Assembly (NCBI GenBank): GCA_048268245.1
Contig: JBLWVX010000031.1
Span: 1-32,920 of the forward strand
Length of the DNA stretch: 32,920 nucleotides
Direction of reading: 5' to 3'
Source of the DNA: Arcobacteraceae bacterium
GTDB lineage: Bacteria > Campylobacterota > Campylobacteria > Campylobacterales > Arcobacteraceae
The notes under the pieces were generated by a model that had not been told where the DNA came from, made no database searches, and saw nothing but the letters and a program-made list of their open reading frames with translations. The translations under genes and the position numbers were made by a program. This document shows, piece after piece, positions 1 through 7,505 of this stretch (position 1 is its first letter; the number at the start of each line of letters is the position of its first letter).

Positions 1-12
1 AAACTCTTATAA

Positions 13-127
13 TTGTACAACTATTAAATATTTGTTCAATAGTTAAATTATAATAATTTAAGTTTTTGTTCAACTATTAAACTAAATTCAATTATTAGAA
101 TTATATCAAAAAACAATAATTTTGATA
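13..127. promoter_or_regulatory. Operator-like repeats upstream of the first phage ORF
   Basis: TTGTACAACTATTAAA (13-28) and TTGTTCAACTATTAAA (66-81) match at 15/16; AACTATT (19-25)/AATAGTT (38-44) are inverted; TATCAAAA (104-111)/TTTTGATA (120-127) are inverted. Confidence 0.45.
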
Positions 128-150
128 AACACTATTTTAAAGGGGTAATT

Positions 151-429
151 ATGAAGTGGGTACAAACAATAATGAAATTTACATCTAAAAAAACTAGACA
201 ATCTAAAAGAATTAGATTAATTAAAAAGTTTGCTTTAAATGTATTAGTTCCATCTCATAAAGATATGTCTGATAAATACTTTCAAAAAATCATTAAAATA
301 AATAAAAGAAAAAATCTTCTTTTAAAATTTAATAATCACATCAAAAAACAATTATCAAAAAAATCTCAATTCTCAAAATTAAAACAATTATTTACTTTAT
401 TTGATAAACAGTATGCAAGGCTTATATAA
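151..429 (+). CDS. Hypothetical, very Lys-rich phage protein (92 aa)
   Basis: ORF preceded by the AGGGGT Shine-Dalgarno shared with other phage genes; no recognisable motif. Confidence 0.55.
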   Translation: MKWVQTIMKFTSKKTRQSKRIRLIKKFALNVLVPSHKDMSDKYFQKIIKINKRKNLLLKFNNHIKKQLSKKSQFSKLKQLFTLFDKQYARLI

Positions 430-461
430 CCTACTACAAAGCACTTTAACAAGTTCTTTCT

Positions 462-523
462 AGTGAGTTATCTCACTCGGCTAGGCACTTTACCCCGCCT
501 AGTTCGTTAGTTTAAAGGGGTAA
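462..523 (+). other. Structured leader: two hairpins plus a possible pseudoknot
   Basis: AGTGAG-ttat-CTCACT (462-477); CTAGGC-actttacccc-GCCTAG (481-502); loop TTACCCC (490-496) is complementary to GGGGTAA (517-523). Confidence 0.55.
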
Positions 524-556
524 TTAAATTAAAAAACATTTAACAAGGGGTTAATT

Positions 557-964
557 ATGGCACTAATCGAACAAGGTTTTGAAGTAAATTATACTTTACA
601 AAAGATGGGACTTATAAAAGTAGGTGGATCAGGAACTATGGATAATGGACATGCATATCCTGCAAGTTTAAAAATTAGAACTTCTAATATGTCTAGTGAA
701 TATGATGAAGAATTAGGTCAAGTAGACAAAGAGGAACTTTTAGAATTTAAAATTCCTTGTGACACAAATGTACAAGCAGGCGAATTAAATAGACTTTTTA
801 GAGATTTAAAAGCAAATGGAATAATCGTACCTTTTAATGGTGGACTTCCTAGAAAATATCAAAATTCAGAATATTCAACTGTAACAGTAACAGATAAAGC
901 AGATGAGTTACTTGAAAAGTTAAGAAAGTTAAAAGCTCCAACTTCAAAACCAAATGATAAATAA
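557..964 (+). CDS. Phage protein, candidate ssDNA-binding (pV-like) protein
   Basis: 135 aa, AAGGGG SD, apparently beta-rich, located upstream of the major coat gene; function inferred from position only. Confidence 0.5.
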   Translation: MALIEQGFEVNYTLQKMGLIKVGGSGTMDNGHAYPASLKIRTSNMSSEYDEELGQVDKEELLEFKIPCDTNVQAGELNRLFRDLKANGIIVPFNGGLPRKYQNSEYSTVTVTDKADELLEKLRKLKAPTSKPNDK

Positions 965-987
965 AAAATTGGAGTAAAGAACAATTG

Positions 988-1062
988 GGACGATTTTTAA
1001 ATTATTGGGAAGAAATAAAGATACGAACTCTTTAAACTACCTCCCATAATTTAAAAATGTTC
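988..1062. other. Long imperfect hairpin, candidate packaging signal
   Basis: ATTTTTAAATTAT-TGGGA (993-1010) pairs with TCCCATAATTTAAAAAT (1042-1058); inner stem TAAAGA (1016-1021)/TCTTTA (1029-1034); lies in a 273-bp non-coding gap. Confidence 0.55.
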
Positions 1063-1237
1063 AAACAAACGAGAGTGCGTTTAGGGCAGAAAATAAATAC
1101 CTAAACTAAATAAAAAGCTTACTAGAAAACAAAGCAATATAAATCGATAGTTGTATTGATGAAGTACATATCTTCTAGCTGTGTATTTCACAAATTCAAC
1201 TAAGGCTCTAGGATAGGGCAAACATAAAGGATAACAA

Positions 1238-1447
1238 ATGAAAGCTATGTTCAAAGGTGGAAAAGCAAAAGTAGGTGCATTAATCGCAGCAGGTTTATTA
1301 ACAGCTTCTCAAGCTCAAGCAGCATTATTAGCAGCTGATGCTTCTATTGATATGACAGAATTTATGGCAATTGGTGGAGTTGTTGCAGCTTCTTACTTAG
1401 TAATCAAAGGTGTACAAAAAGCACTACAATTATTAAGAGGTGCATAA
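1238..1447 (+). CDS. Major coat protein (pVIII-like) precursor
   Basis: 69 aa: basic N-terminus, signal peptide ending AQA, short acidic mature N-terminus, one hydrophobic helix, basic C-terminus (KGVQKALQLLRGA); AAGGA SD; terminator directly downstream. Confidence 0.88.
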   Translation: MKAMFKGGKAKVGALIAAGLLTASQAQAALLAADASIDMTEFMAIGGVVAASYLVIKGVQKALQLLRGA

Positions 1448-1464
1448 GATACTTCTTATCTTCC

Positions 1465-1490
1465 AAAATAGAGGCTAACCCCTCTATTTT
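1465..1490 (+). terminator. Intrinsic terminator after the major coat gene
   Basis: AAAATAGAGG-ctaacc-CCTCTATTTT perfect 10-bp stem ending in a T run. Confidence 0.75.
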
Positions 1491-1546
1491 ATACCTTATC
1501 TAAATTAATAAAAATTTGATTTATGTAAGTTATAAAAGGATTTAAA

Positions 1547-1798
1547 ATGACAGAAATAATACTAACTGGAAAACTAAAACAACACCTTTCAAGAACATCT
1601 TCTCAAAATAGCAAGATGTATCATATATACCAATTTGAAACAATGAATAATCATAACTATATTGAAATAATAGATGTTTATTCTCAAAATCTTCTACCTA
1701 ATTCAAAAGTAGGTGCTGATATAAAAATACCTGTTGTTGTTTCTCTAAGAGATAACTCAATCTTATTTGAAGTTAAAACAAAAAATCTAAAAGGCTAA
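1547..1798 (+). CDS. Small OB-fold-like protein, candidate ssDNA-binding protein
   Basis: 83 aa, AAGGA SD, alternating beta-strand pattern (IILTGKL, YHIYQF, IEIIDVYS, IKIPVVV); size typical of pV. Confidence 0.55.
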   Translation: MTEIILTGKLKQHLSRTSSQNSKMYHIYQFETMNNHNYIEIIDVYSQNLLPNSKVGADIKIPVVVSLRDNSILFEVKTKNLKG

Positions 1799-1801
1799 AT
1801 T

Positions 1802-2146
1802 ATGGCAAATAGAGTATGGGGAGCACCATCAATTAGTGATGATATCTTTAATAACCTTTCTAAAACACATCATAAAGAAATAGAGTATACAAACTCTTTT
1901 TCAACTGATTATATTAACTCTTTCAAAGCTTCGTTAAAAGGCGAAAAATATGAAAGACCTTTTGAAGAAAAACTTGTAAGAAATAATAATATTGACTATG
2001 TATCAGAAACAAACCTTGATGATATAGCTTATGAAATGACTAATGAGTCTTTACTAGGTTATGACCAAGATGAACACGCAGAAAACCTATTTAATGATTT
2101 TGAATCATCTGATAATTTCGGTGACTTTGATACTGACTGGATTTAA
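1802..2146 (+). CDS. Hypothetical acidic phage protein (114 aa)
   Basis: ORF with AAAGG SD; D/E-rich C-terminal half ending DFDTDWI. Confidence 0.7.
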   Translation: MANRVWGAPSISDDIFNNLSKTHHKEIEYTNSFSTDYINSFKASLKGEKYERPFEEKLVRNNNIDYVSETNLDDIAYEMTNESLLGYDQDEHAENLFNDFESSDNFGDFDTDWI

Positions 2147-2147
2147 A

Positions 2148-2252
2148 TTGATTTTACTTACTGATTTAAATATCTATTTTGCTTCTGTTGCCATTTTCTT
2201 TATGGCTAAATTTGGATTTGTAAAAGCAATTCATTTATTAAAAAGGGCATAA
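2148..2252 (+). CDS. Small membrane protein, minor coat (pVII/pIX-like) candidate, 34 aa
   Basis: Track start is 2061, but TTG at 2148 directly after the upstream stop, with GGA SD, gives MILLTDLNIYFASVAIFFMAKFGFVKAIHLLKRA: one TM helix and a basic tail. Confidence 0.6.
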   Translation: MILLTDLNIYFASVAIFFMAKFGFVKAIHLLKRA

Positions 2253-2253
2253 C

Positions 2254-2604
2254 ATGAAATTGTTACTATTAACTCTTATTTTTTTAGCTTCTTTAAATGC
2301 AGATATGCTTTTTAATAATGATAGATGTATTGTATCTTATTCAACATATTCAAATGGTGCTTATTATGAAGTGATTTATTCATCAAATCCTAATAAAGTT
2401 GTACAAACTGGACTTTCAACTTCAACAATACCAATTTCAACTGATATTTATATTCTAAAATATGATTCTAATAATCAAGAACTATGTATTAAATCAAAAG
2501 CAAAAGAACTAGGAATGACAGAACAAGACTATAACTTTGTAATGTCAATCATTGGTGGCCTTTTTGGTATTGCAATCTTCTCACAACTAATAAGGTTAGC
2601 ATAA
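2254..2604 (+). CDS. Exported phage protein with C-terminal membrane anchor (minor virion candidate)
   Basis: Signal peptide (ends LNA), two Cys, C-terminal hydrophobic helix SIIGGLFGIAIFSQLIRLA. Confidence 0.7.
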   Translation: MKLLLLTLIFLASLNADMLFNNDRCIVSYSTYSNGAYYEVIYSSNPNKVVQTGLSTSTIPISTDIYILKYDSNNQELCIKSKAKELGMTEQDYNFVMSIIGGLFGIAIFSQLIRLA

Positions 2605-2726
2605 TGCCAATACTAGATATACAAATTATAGCAAATGAGCCTGCATTTAATTACTTCGCAAGTATTCCACTAAGTTTAGCAATATATGCACTTCCAATCT
2701 TTGCAGCATTTAGGTTAATGAGGTAA
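2604..2726 (+). CDS. Unlisted 40-aa membrane protein, minor coat (pVII/pIX-like) candidate
   Basis: ATG overlaps the upstream stop (TAATG); MPILDIQIIANEPAFNYFASIPLSLAIYALPIFAAFRLMR; fills the gap before the pIII-like gene. Confidence 0.75.
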   Translation: MPILDIQIIANEPAFNYFASIPLSLAIYALPIFAAFRLMR

Positions 2727-2732
2727 TTTGTT

Positions 2733-4373
2733 ATGGTTAGAAATATAGTTTTTTTACTTTTATTTATAAATACATTTGCTTTTTCTTCTTGTTTAGACGG
2801 CGAAGAACTCAAAGTTGATAGATATACTACTACTAGTAGTTATAAGTCAGGAACAAATGAATCACATTGTAACACTAATAGAGAAACATATACATCAAAT
2901 TCTAAATTTTCTGTTGGTTCTTGTTTTTATAGTTCTGCTGATGGTTATTGGAAATATAGACTTTCTTATTCTACAGTTTATACATCTTGTCATCCTATCG
3001 ATGATGGACATGTTGAGCCTGAACCACCTAGTTATGTAAACCCTGACACAAACGAAACATGTACACTGGGTTTAGATGCAAGATATACATGTTCTTGTGC
3101 TTCTAATCAAGACTATAAACTTGGTGTTTGTACTAATCTTAATGATGGTGAAAGTGGTTATGATCCTAATGGTAATTTAGAATGTTCTGATACTCATGAA
3201 ATTACTATAATTAATGGTATTCAAACTTGTACACCAAAACAGGAAACATCTGACAATTCTTATTGTGGCTCACAGCAAAATGCACTTAATATTTTAGGTA
3301 ATATTTGTAAAGGTGATGTTAATTCTTCTACTATTAATCCTGATCAAAATGGTTGTTATAATTCTCTTTCATACTCTTGTGGAAATGGCGAAATTGGTTA
3401 TGTAGAGATTACACAAGATTTTAATATAGGTACAGGTGATGGTGGTGGTACTTCTCCAACAACACCAACTGACCCTGATACTAGTACAGGTACAGGAGGT
3501 ACAACAACAGACCCAACAAATCCTGATACAGATACTGGAACAAGTACAGGTGGAATTATTGACCCATCTACTCCTGATGATGATAGAACTCCTGCACAAG
3601 GTGGAACAGGTACTTCTACAGGTGGTGGCTCTACGGGTGAAGTTGATGAACCTGTAACAGATCCTACTTTTCCTGATGATGAAATAGTTCCTGAACCAGT
3701 TGATACTTTACCTGAGGGAAATACTGCAAGTAGTTGTGATGAAACAAAACTTACATTAACAGAAATGCTTCTTTGTGAAATGAATGAAAATCTACAAGAC
3801 TCTGACGGTACTTTTCCAAATGCTCTTGATGATTTAAAAAAATCTAATAATGAAGCCTATAAAGCTATGAATAATAATATTATAGGCTCTAATAAAAGAT
3901 TAGATGAAATAGTTGACTTAGAAAGAAATAATTTACAAGCTCAAAATATATCAAATGGTTTAATTTCAGATGTTAAAGATCTTTTGACACCTCCTGCAGA
4001 TAACGGACAATCAGAACTTGATAAACTAGATACTATTTTAGATGATGAAACAAACTTTTCAGAAGATGTTGAACTAACATCTGATTTAAAAAATACTGCA
4101 AATGGATATTTTGAAAACTATTCTAATATATTTAAAAATCAATTATTAGCTTTATTTAGTACTTTCTTTTCTATTAATACAACAGGAACACAAGCTCTTG
4201 GAGTTCCTTATAACTTTACTCTTGCAGGTAGAAATTTTACAGGTGTATTTTTAGATGAACAAATGTTTATAGAGTTACATATGGATAAGTTAGCAAAGAT
4301 AATTATATTTGGTTTCTCTGTTCTTGGTTTTTTACATGCCTTTAGATTTGTAATCGCTTCAAAGGATAACTAA
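2733..4373 (+). CDS. Attachment protein (pIII-like)
   Basis: Signal peptide, 16 Cys mostly in the N-terminal domains, Gly/Thr/Pro/Asp-rich linker, helical region, C-terminal TM anchor; directly upstream of pVI and pI. Confidence 0.85.
   Translation: MVRNIVFLLLFINTFAFSSCLDGEELKVDRYTTTSSYKSGTNESHCNTNRETYTSNSKFSVGSCFYSSADGYWKYRLSYSTVYTSCHPIDDGHVEPEPPSYVNPDTNETCTLGLDARYTCSCASNQDYKLGVCTNLNDGESGYDPNGNLECSDTHEITIINGIQTCTPKQETSDNSYCGSQQNALNILGNICKGDVNSSTINPDQNGCYNSLSYSCGNGEIGYVEITQDFNIGTGDGGGTSPTTPTDPDTSTGTGGTTTDPTNPDTDTGTSTGGIIDPSTPDDDRTPAQGGTGTSTGGGSTGEVDEPVTDPTFPDDEIVPEPVDTLPEGNTASSCDETKLTLTEMLLCEMNENLQDSDGTFPNALDDLKKSNNEAYKAMNNNIIGSNKRLDEIVDLERNNLQAQNISNGLISDVKDLLTPPADNGQSELDKLDTILDDETNFSEDVELTSDLKNTANGYFENYSNIFKNQLLALFSTFFSINTTGTQALGVPYNFTLAGRNFTGVFLDEQMFIELHMDKLAKIIIFGFSVLGFLHAFRFVIASKDN
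3426..3700 (+). repeat. Low-complexity G/T/P/D linker repeats inside the pIII-like gene
   Basis: Degenerate repeats TDPDTSTGTGG / TDPTNPDTDTGTSTGG / GTGTSTGGG. Confidence 0.7.
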
Positions 4374-4669
4374 TGTGGAATTTTCTTACAGGATTTTTTA
4401 TTTCTATTTTTGAAAAGCTTTTTTCTTTTATTGGAAAGTTCTTTAAAAAAGCTGTTGTTACTATTCCAGTTGTTGCATTTTTAATAACTTTAGAGTTTGT
4501 AATCCTTGATAAAGTTTTTGATTTAGTTCAGCCTTTAATACTTGAATTTCCTTATTTAAACTACTTAGTTTATTTTGGATTTATACAAGGTATTCAAAAC
4601 TATATACTTATTCTTATAACTGCATATAGCTCTAAAAAAGCCCTAGATATTGCTAAAAGGTTTATCTAA
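4373..4669 (+). CDS. Minor coat protein (pVI-like)
   Basis: 98 aa, hydrophobic, basic C-terminus, coupled by TAATG overlaps between pIII and pI. Confidence 0.8.
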   Translation: MWNFLTGFFISIFEKLFSFIGKFFKKAVVTIPVVAFLITLEFVILDKVFDLVQPLILEFPYLNYLVYFGFIQGIQNYILILITAYSSKKALDIAKRFI

Positions 4670-5799
4670 TGGTTGTTTTTGCTACAGGAGTAATGGGAGC
4701 AGGTAAGTCTTATGAGGCTATATGTAGAATATATGCTTACTTTGGTAAAGACACAAAAATAAAGACTTACCTAAAATCAAAATATATTATAAATAAAGAT
4801 ATTAAACATCTAAGAACTAATATCCCTTATAATAAAGACTCTTTTACTATTGATAAAACTACTGATACATCATTTAAATTTGAAAAGTTTTATGAAAATA
4901 TACAGTTACTTCATGCTTATTACTTAGATGATAATGTATCAGAAAAAGAACTTTTAGAACATGCAAAAGAGTTTGGAATAGCTGATACTTTTTTTGTAAT
5001 AGATGAGTGTCATAACTATCTTGATAAAGCTGATAAAGCCTTATTGTTCTTTTTTACTTATCATAGACACTTTCATTGTGAAGTACTTCTTATCACTCAA
5101 AACCTTTCATTAGTAAATTATAAATATAAAGGCTTTTGTGAACAGTTTGTTAGAGCAGTTCCATCAACTTTTCAATTAGTATCAAGAAACTTTGTTTATA
5201 AATATTTCCCATCTTCTAGAATGTCTGCAAAAGAACTATATAAAACAGAAAAAATTAAAAAGCTTGATATTGTTTTTAAAGCATATACAAGTGGTGGTAA
5301 AGTGTTCACAAATAATGCTATTAAAAAGATACTAATATCTTCTGCAGCTCTTTTAGCTCTTGTAATTACAGCCTTTTATTTTCTTGTAACAAATATGACA
5401 CCACAACAAGAAACACCAAACACAAATGAAGTAAATAATACTCCTGTAAATGTTCCAACTACAAATAATAGTACGCTGCAGGACACATCAACACAATTTA
5501 TAAAAGAAGAAAAGCTTTTTGATATTACAGATTTTGAGGGCTTTATGCTTGTAAGTCTTACTTGTAATAAAACAAAATGTTTTAACTCTGATTTCTCTAT
5601 TGGTTCTAATCTTTTAGAGGTCCTATATAAAAAGAAAATCCTAGAAGTAATTAGCATGAATCCAATTACTAAGAGTAGTTACTCAATAACACTTGTAACT
5701 AAACCAACATTTATAAATCTATTTCAATACAAAGGGGTAAATGATGAAAAAGATATTAATATCGCTGATGATACTAAGTACACTTATTCTAGCAAATGA
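4669..5799 (+). CDS. zot: Zot-like morphogenesis ATPase (pI)
   Basis: N-terminal Walker A GVMGAGKS, Walker B FFVIDECH, HRH..LLITQ motif, single TM helix followed by a periplasmic tail. Confidence 0.92.
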   Translation: MVVFATGVMGAGKSYEAICRIYAYFGKDTKIKTYLKSKYIINKDIKHLRTNIPYNKDSFTIDKTTDTSFKFEKFYENIQLLHAYYLDDNVSEKELLEHAKEFGIADTFFVIDECHNYLDKADKALLFFFTYHRHFHCEVLLITQNLSLVNYKYKGFCEQFVRAVPSTFQLVSRNFVYKYFPSSRMSAKELYKTEKIKKLDIVFKAYTSGGKVFTNNAIKKILISSAALLALVITAFYFLVTNMTPQQETPNTNEVNNTPVNVPTTNNSTLQDTSTQFIKEEKLFDITDFEGFMLVSLTCNKTKCFNSDFSIGSNLLEVLYKKKILEVISMNPITKSSYSITLVTKPTFINLFQYKGVNDEKDINIADDTKYTYSSK

Positions 5800-6880
5800 T
5801 GATGCAGATACTTTAACACTAAAGAACTATATAAAGCTCTTTTCAAACTTGCTTAATATAAATGTACTAGTTCCTAAAGATTTAGAAGATAAAAAGATCT
5901 CTTTTTTTATAAACACAAAGTTAGATAAGATAGAAAAAGATTTAGGTACATTGTCAGATGTTTTAAAAGCTAATAATCTAATACTTATTAGAAAACCAAA
6001 CTATTACTTAGTTACTGAAAAAAATGAACTGTCACTAACTTGTACTTATGAAGTAAATAATTCAAGCTTTACAGATATAGAAAATTACTTCAAATTTCAA
6101 GCACTAAAATATACAATCTTTAAAGATACAAATGTAGTTTATTTTAAAACTAATAAAACTTGTAAAGAGCATGTTAAAAAACTTGCAATGATAGATAACG
6201 TACTTCAAAATATGGTACTTAATATTTCAATCTTTCAAAACGATATGTCAAATAATAAGGAAAAAGAAGTTAAGTTTGATACAAAATATCTACAGATACT
6301 TAATCCTTTTACTATTGCTGCAGACACAACAATTAAATACACTAAAGATACCTATGAAACATTTTTAAGATATGTAGATAAAAACTCTGATGTACAAATA
6401 AAGTCTTCGCCATCTTTAAAAGTATTTAACAATAAAACACTTGATTTCAACTCATTTCAAGAAATACCCTATACAAAAACTATCACTCAATTAGATAAAG
6501 ATAATTCAAATAAAACTACAGAATCAACAGACTTTAAAAAAGTAGGTATATCAGTAAAAATAAAACCAAGATTTCTTAAAAATGGCTCTGTTTATTTTGC
6601 TATGAAATTATCATTTTCAAACTTTATTGACTTTGATAAAAAAGGTATTCCAACAACATACACAAATGATTTAAATACTAGCTTCATACTAAAAGAAGAT
6701 GAAATGTTTGTTCTCTCTGGTTTAAATTCACAATCAAATAAAAATGTTCTTTCTTATCCCTTGCTTTCTCAATTACCAATCATTGGAGAGGCCTTTAATG
6801 GATATATCAAAGAAAATAAAAAGTTCCACTTATCACTAGTGGTTAAATTAACAAAAGGGGTTACTGATGTCAAAAAGTAA
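5741..6880 (+). CDS. Phage secretin (pIV-like, GspD family)
   Basis: Signal peptide; secretin C-domain motifs QEIPY, KKVGISVKIKP, EMFVLSGL, PLLSQLPIIGEAF; overlaps the pI 3' end. Confidence 0.88.
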   Translation: MMKKILISLMILSTLILANDDADTLTLKNYIKLFSNLLNINVLVPKDLEDKKISFFINTKLDKIEKDLGTLSDVLKANNLILIRKPNYYLVTEKNELSLTCTYEVNNSSFTDIENYFKFQALKYTIFKDTNVVYFKTNKTCKEHVKKLAMIDNVLQNMVLNISIFQNDMSNNKEKEVKFDTKYLQILNPFTIAADTTIKYTKDTYETFLRYVDKNSDVQIKSSPSLKVFNNKTLDFNSFQEIPYTKTITQLDKDNSNKTTESTDFKKVGISVKIKPRFLKNGSVYFAMKLSFSNFIDFDKKGIPTTYTNDLNTSFILKEDEMFVLSGLNSQSNKNVLSYPLLSQLPIIGEAFNGYIKENKKFHLSLVVKLTKGVTDVKK

Positions 6881-7064
6881 ATTAAGATTAAAAAATAAGT
6901 ATAGAAAGATTTTTACTACTGATAATTACGAAAGTCACACATATTTTCATAATCATCTTGATGGGAATTTATTTCCTTTATTGATTCCAAATACAGTAAT
7001 TGAGATTTTAATAATTCATGGTTTAAAACAAATGTTTAACAAATTTACAAAGGATATAACATGA
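6867..7064 (+). CDS. Hypothetical phage protein (65 aa)
   Basis: AAGGGG SD; overlaps both neighbours. Confidence 0.55.
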   Translation: MSKSKLRLKNKYRKIFTTDNYESHTYFHNHLDGNLFPLLIPNTVIEILIIHGLKQMFNKFTKDIT

Positions 7065-7378
7065 TAGAAAAAATTAAAAACAATATAGGTTTAGCTCGTA
7101 ATCTGATTAGTTCAGTTGATATTCCAATACCTTTATTACCTTTTGCAGGATTACTTTTATCAATAGCAGCAGTAAAACAAATAGTAAAAGAAGCACAAAA
7201 TGACCCAAGAACAGATGAAGAGTTCTTCCAAGATATTAAAAATGAGTATTTAAATATGCAAAGAATGAGTGAACAAATAAATGATAATTTCTATGTTTTT
7301 ACAGAAGAATTTAATCAAGAGCTACATTTTAGAATTAATTACTTTAATGAGTATATTTTCAAATTTGAAGATCAATAA
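7061..7378 (+). CDS. Hypothetical phage protein (105 aa), one hydrophobic segment
   Basis: AAGGA SD; ATGA overlap with the upstream stop. Confidence 0.65.
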   Translation: MIEKIKNNIGLARNLISSVDIPIPLLPFAGLLLSIAAVKQIVKEAQNDPRTDEEFFQDIKNEYLNMQRMSEQINDNFYVFTEEFNQELHFRINYFNEYIFKFEDQ

Positions 7379-7387
7379 AAATAGGTT

Positions 7388-7480
7388 TTAAATCTTTATT
7401 TTATAGAGATTTAATTAGTGAGAAGAACACTTTTTCTTTGTGAGCGAAGCGAACAAAAAAAAGTGTTCCTTGTCAAATTA
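7388..7480. other. Candidate rolling-circle origin (two hairpins upstream of rep)
   Basis: Hairpin 7388-7414; hairpin GAACACTTTTTcTTTGT-gagcgaagcga-ACAAAAAAAAGTGTTC (7425-7468) followed by CTTGTC. Confidence 0.6.
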
Positions 7481-7505
7481 ACAAAAGTTGTCGTCAGGGG
7501 TAAAA

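Noticed and set aside
27..39. AATATTTGTTCAA resembles AATAGTTTGTTCAA at 12108-12121 as a possible attL/attR pair
   Set aside because: Short, gapped and AT-rich, and TTTGTTCAA also occurs at 65-73; not distinguishable from chance without the upstream sequence
1150..1180. Hammerhead ribozyme core (TGATGA)
   Set aside because: Lacks the CTGATGA...GAAA core with a proper three-stem arrangement
2061..2147. Track start of the 63-aa ORF at 2061
   Set aside because: Overlaps the acidic ORF by 86 nt; TTG 2148 with an SD fits the packing and the expected minor-coat size better
2815..3657. Alternative-frame ORFs 2815-3039, 3369-3599 and 3436-3657
   Set aside because: Shadows of the pIII-like gene produced by its biased, low-complexity codons; no independent motifs
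3426..3700. CRISPR array or DGR template/variable repeat
   Set aside because: The repeats are degenerate and in-frame coding; no spacers, cas genes or reverse transcriptase are visible in the window
5376..5657. Antisense ORF inside the pI gene
   Set aside because: Shadow of a well-supported gene with no features of its own
4669..5799. Zot as evidence of an enterotoxin
   Set aside because: The motifs and context show a phage assembly ATPase; nothing in the sequence supports toxin activity
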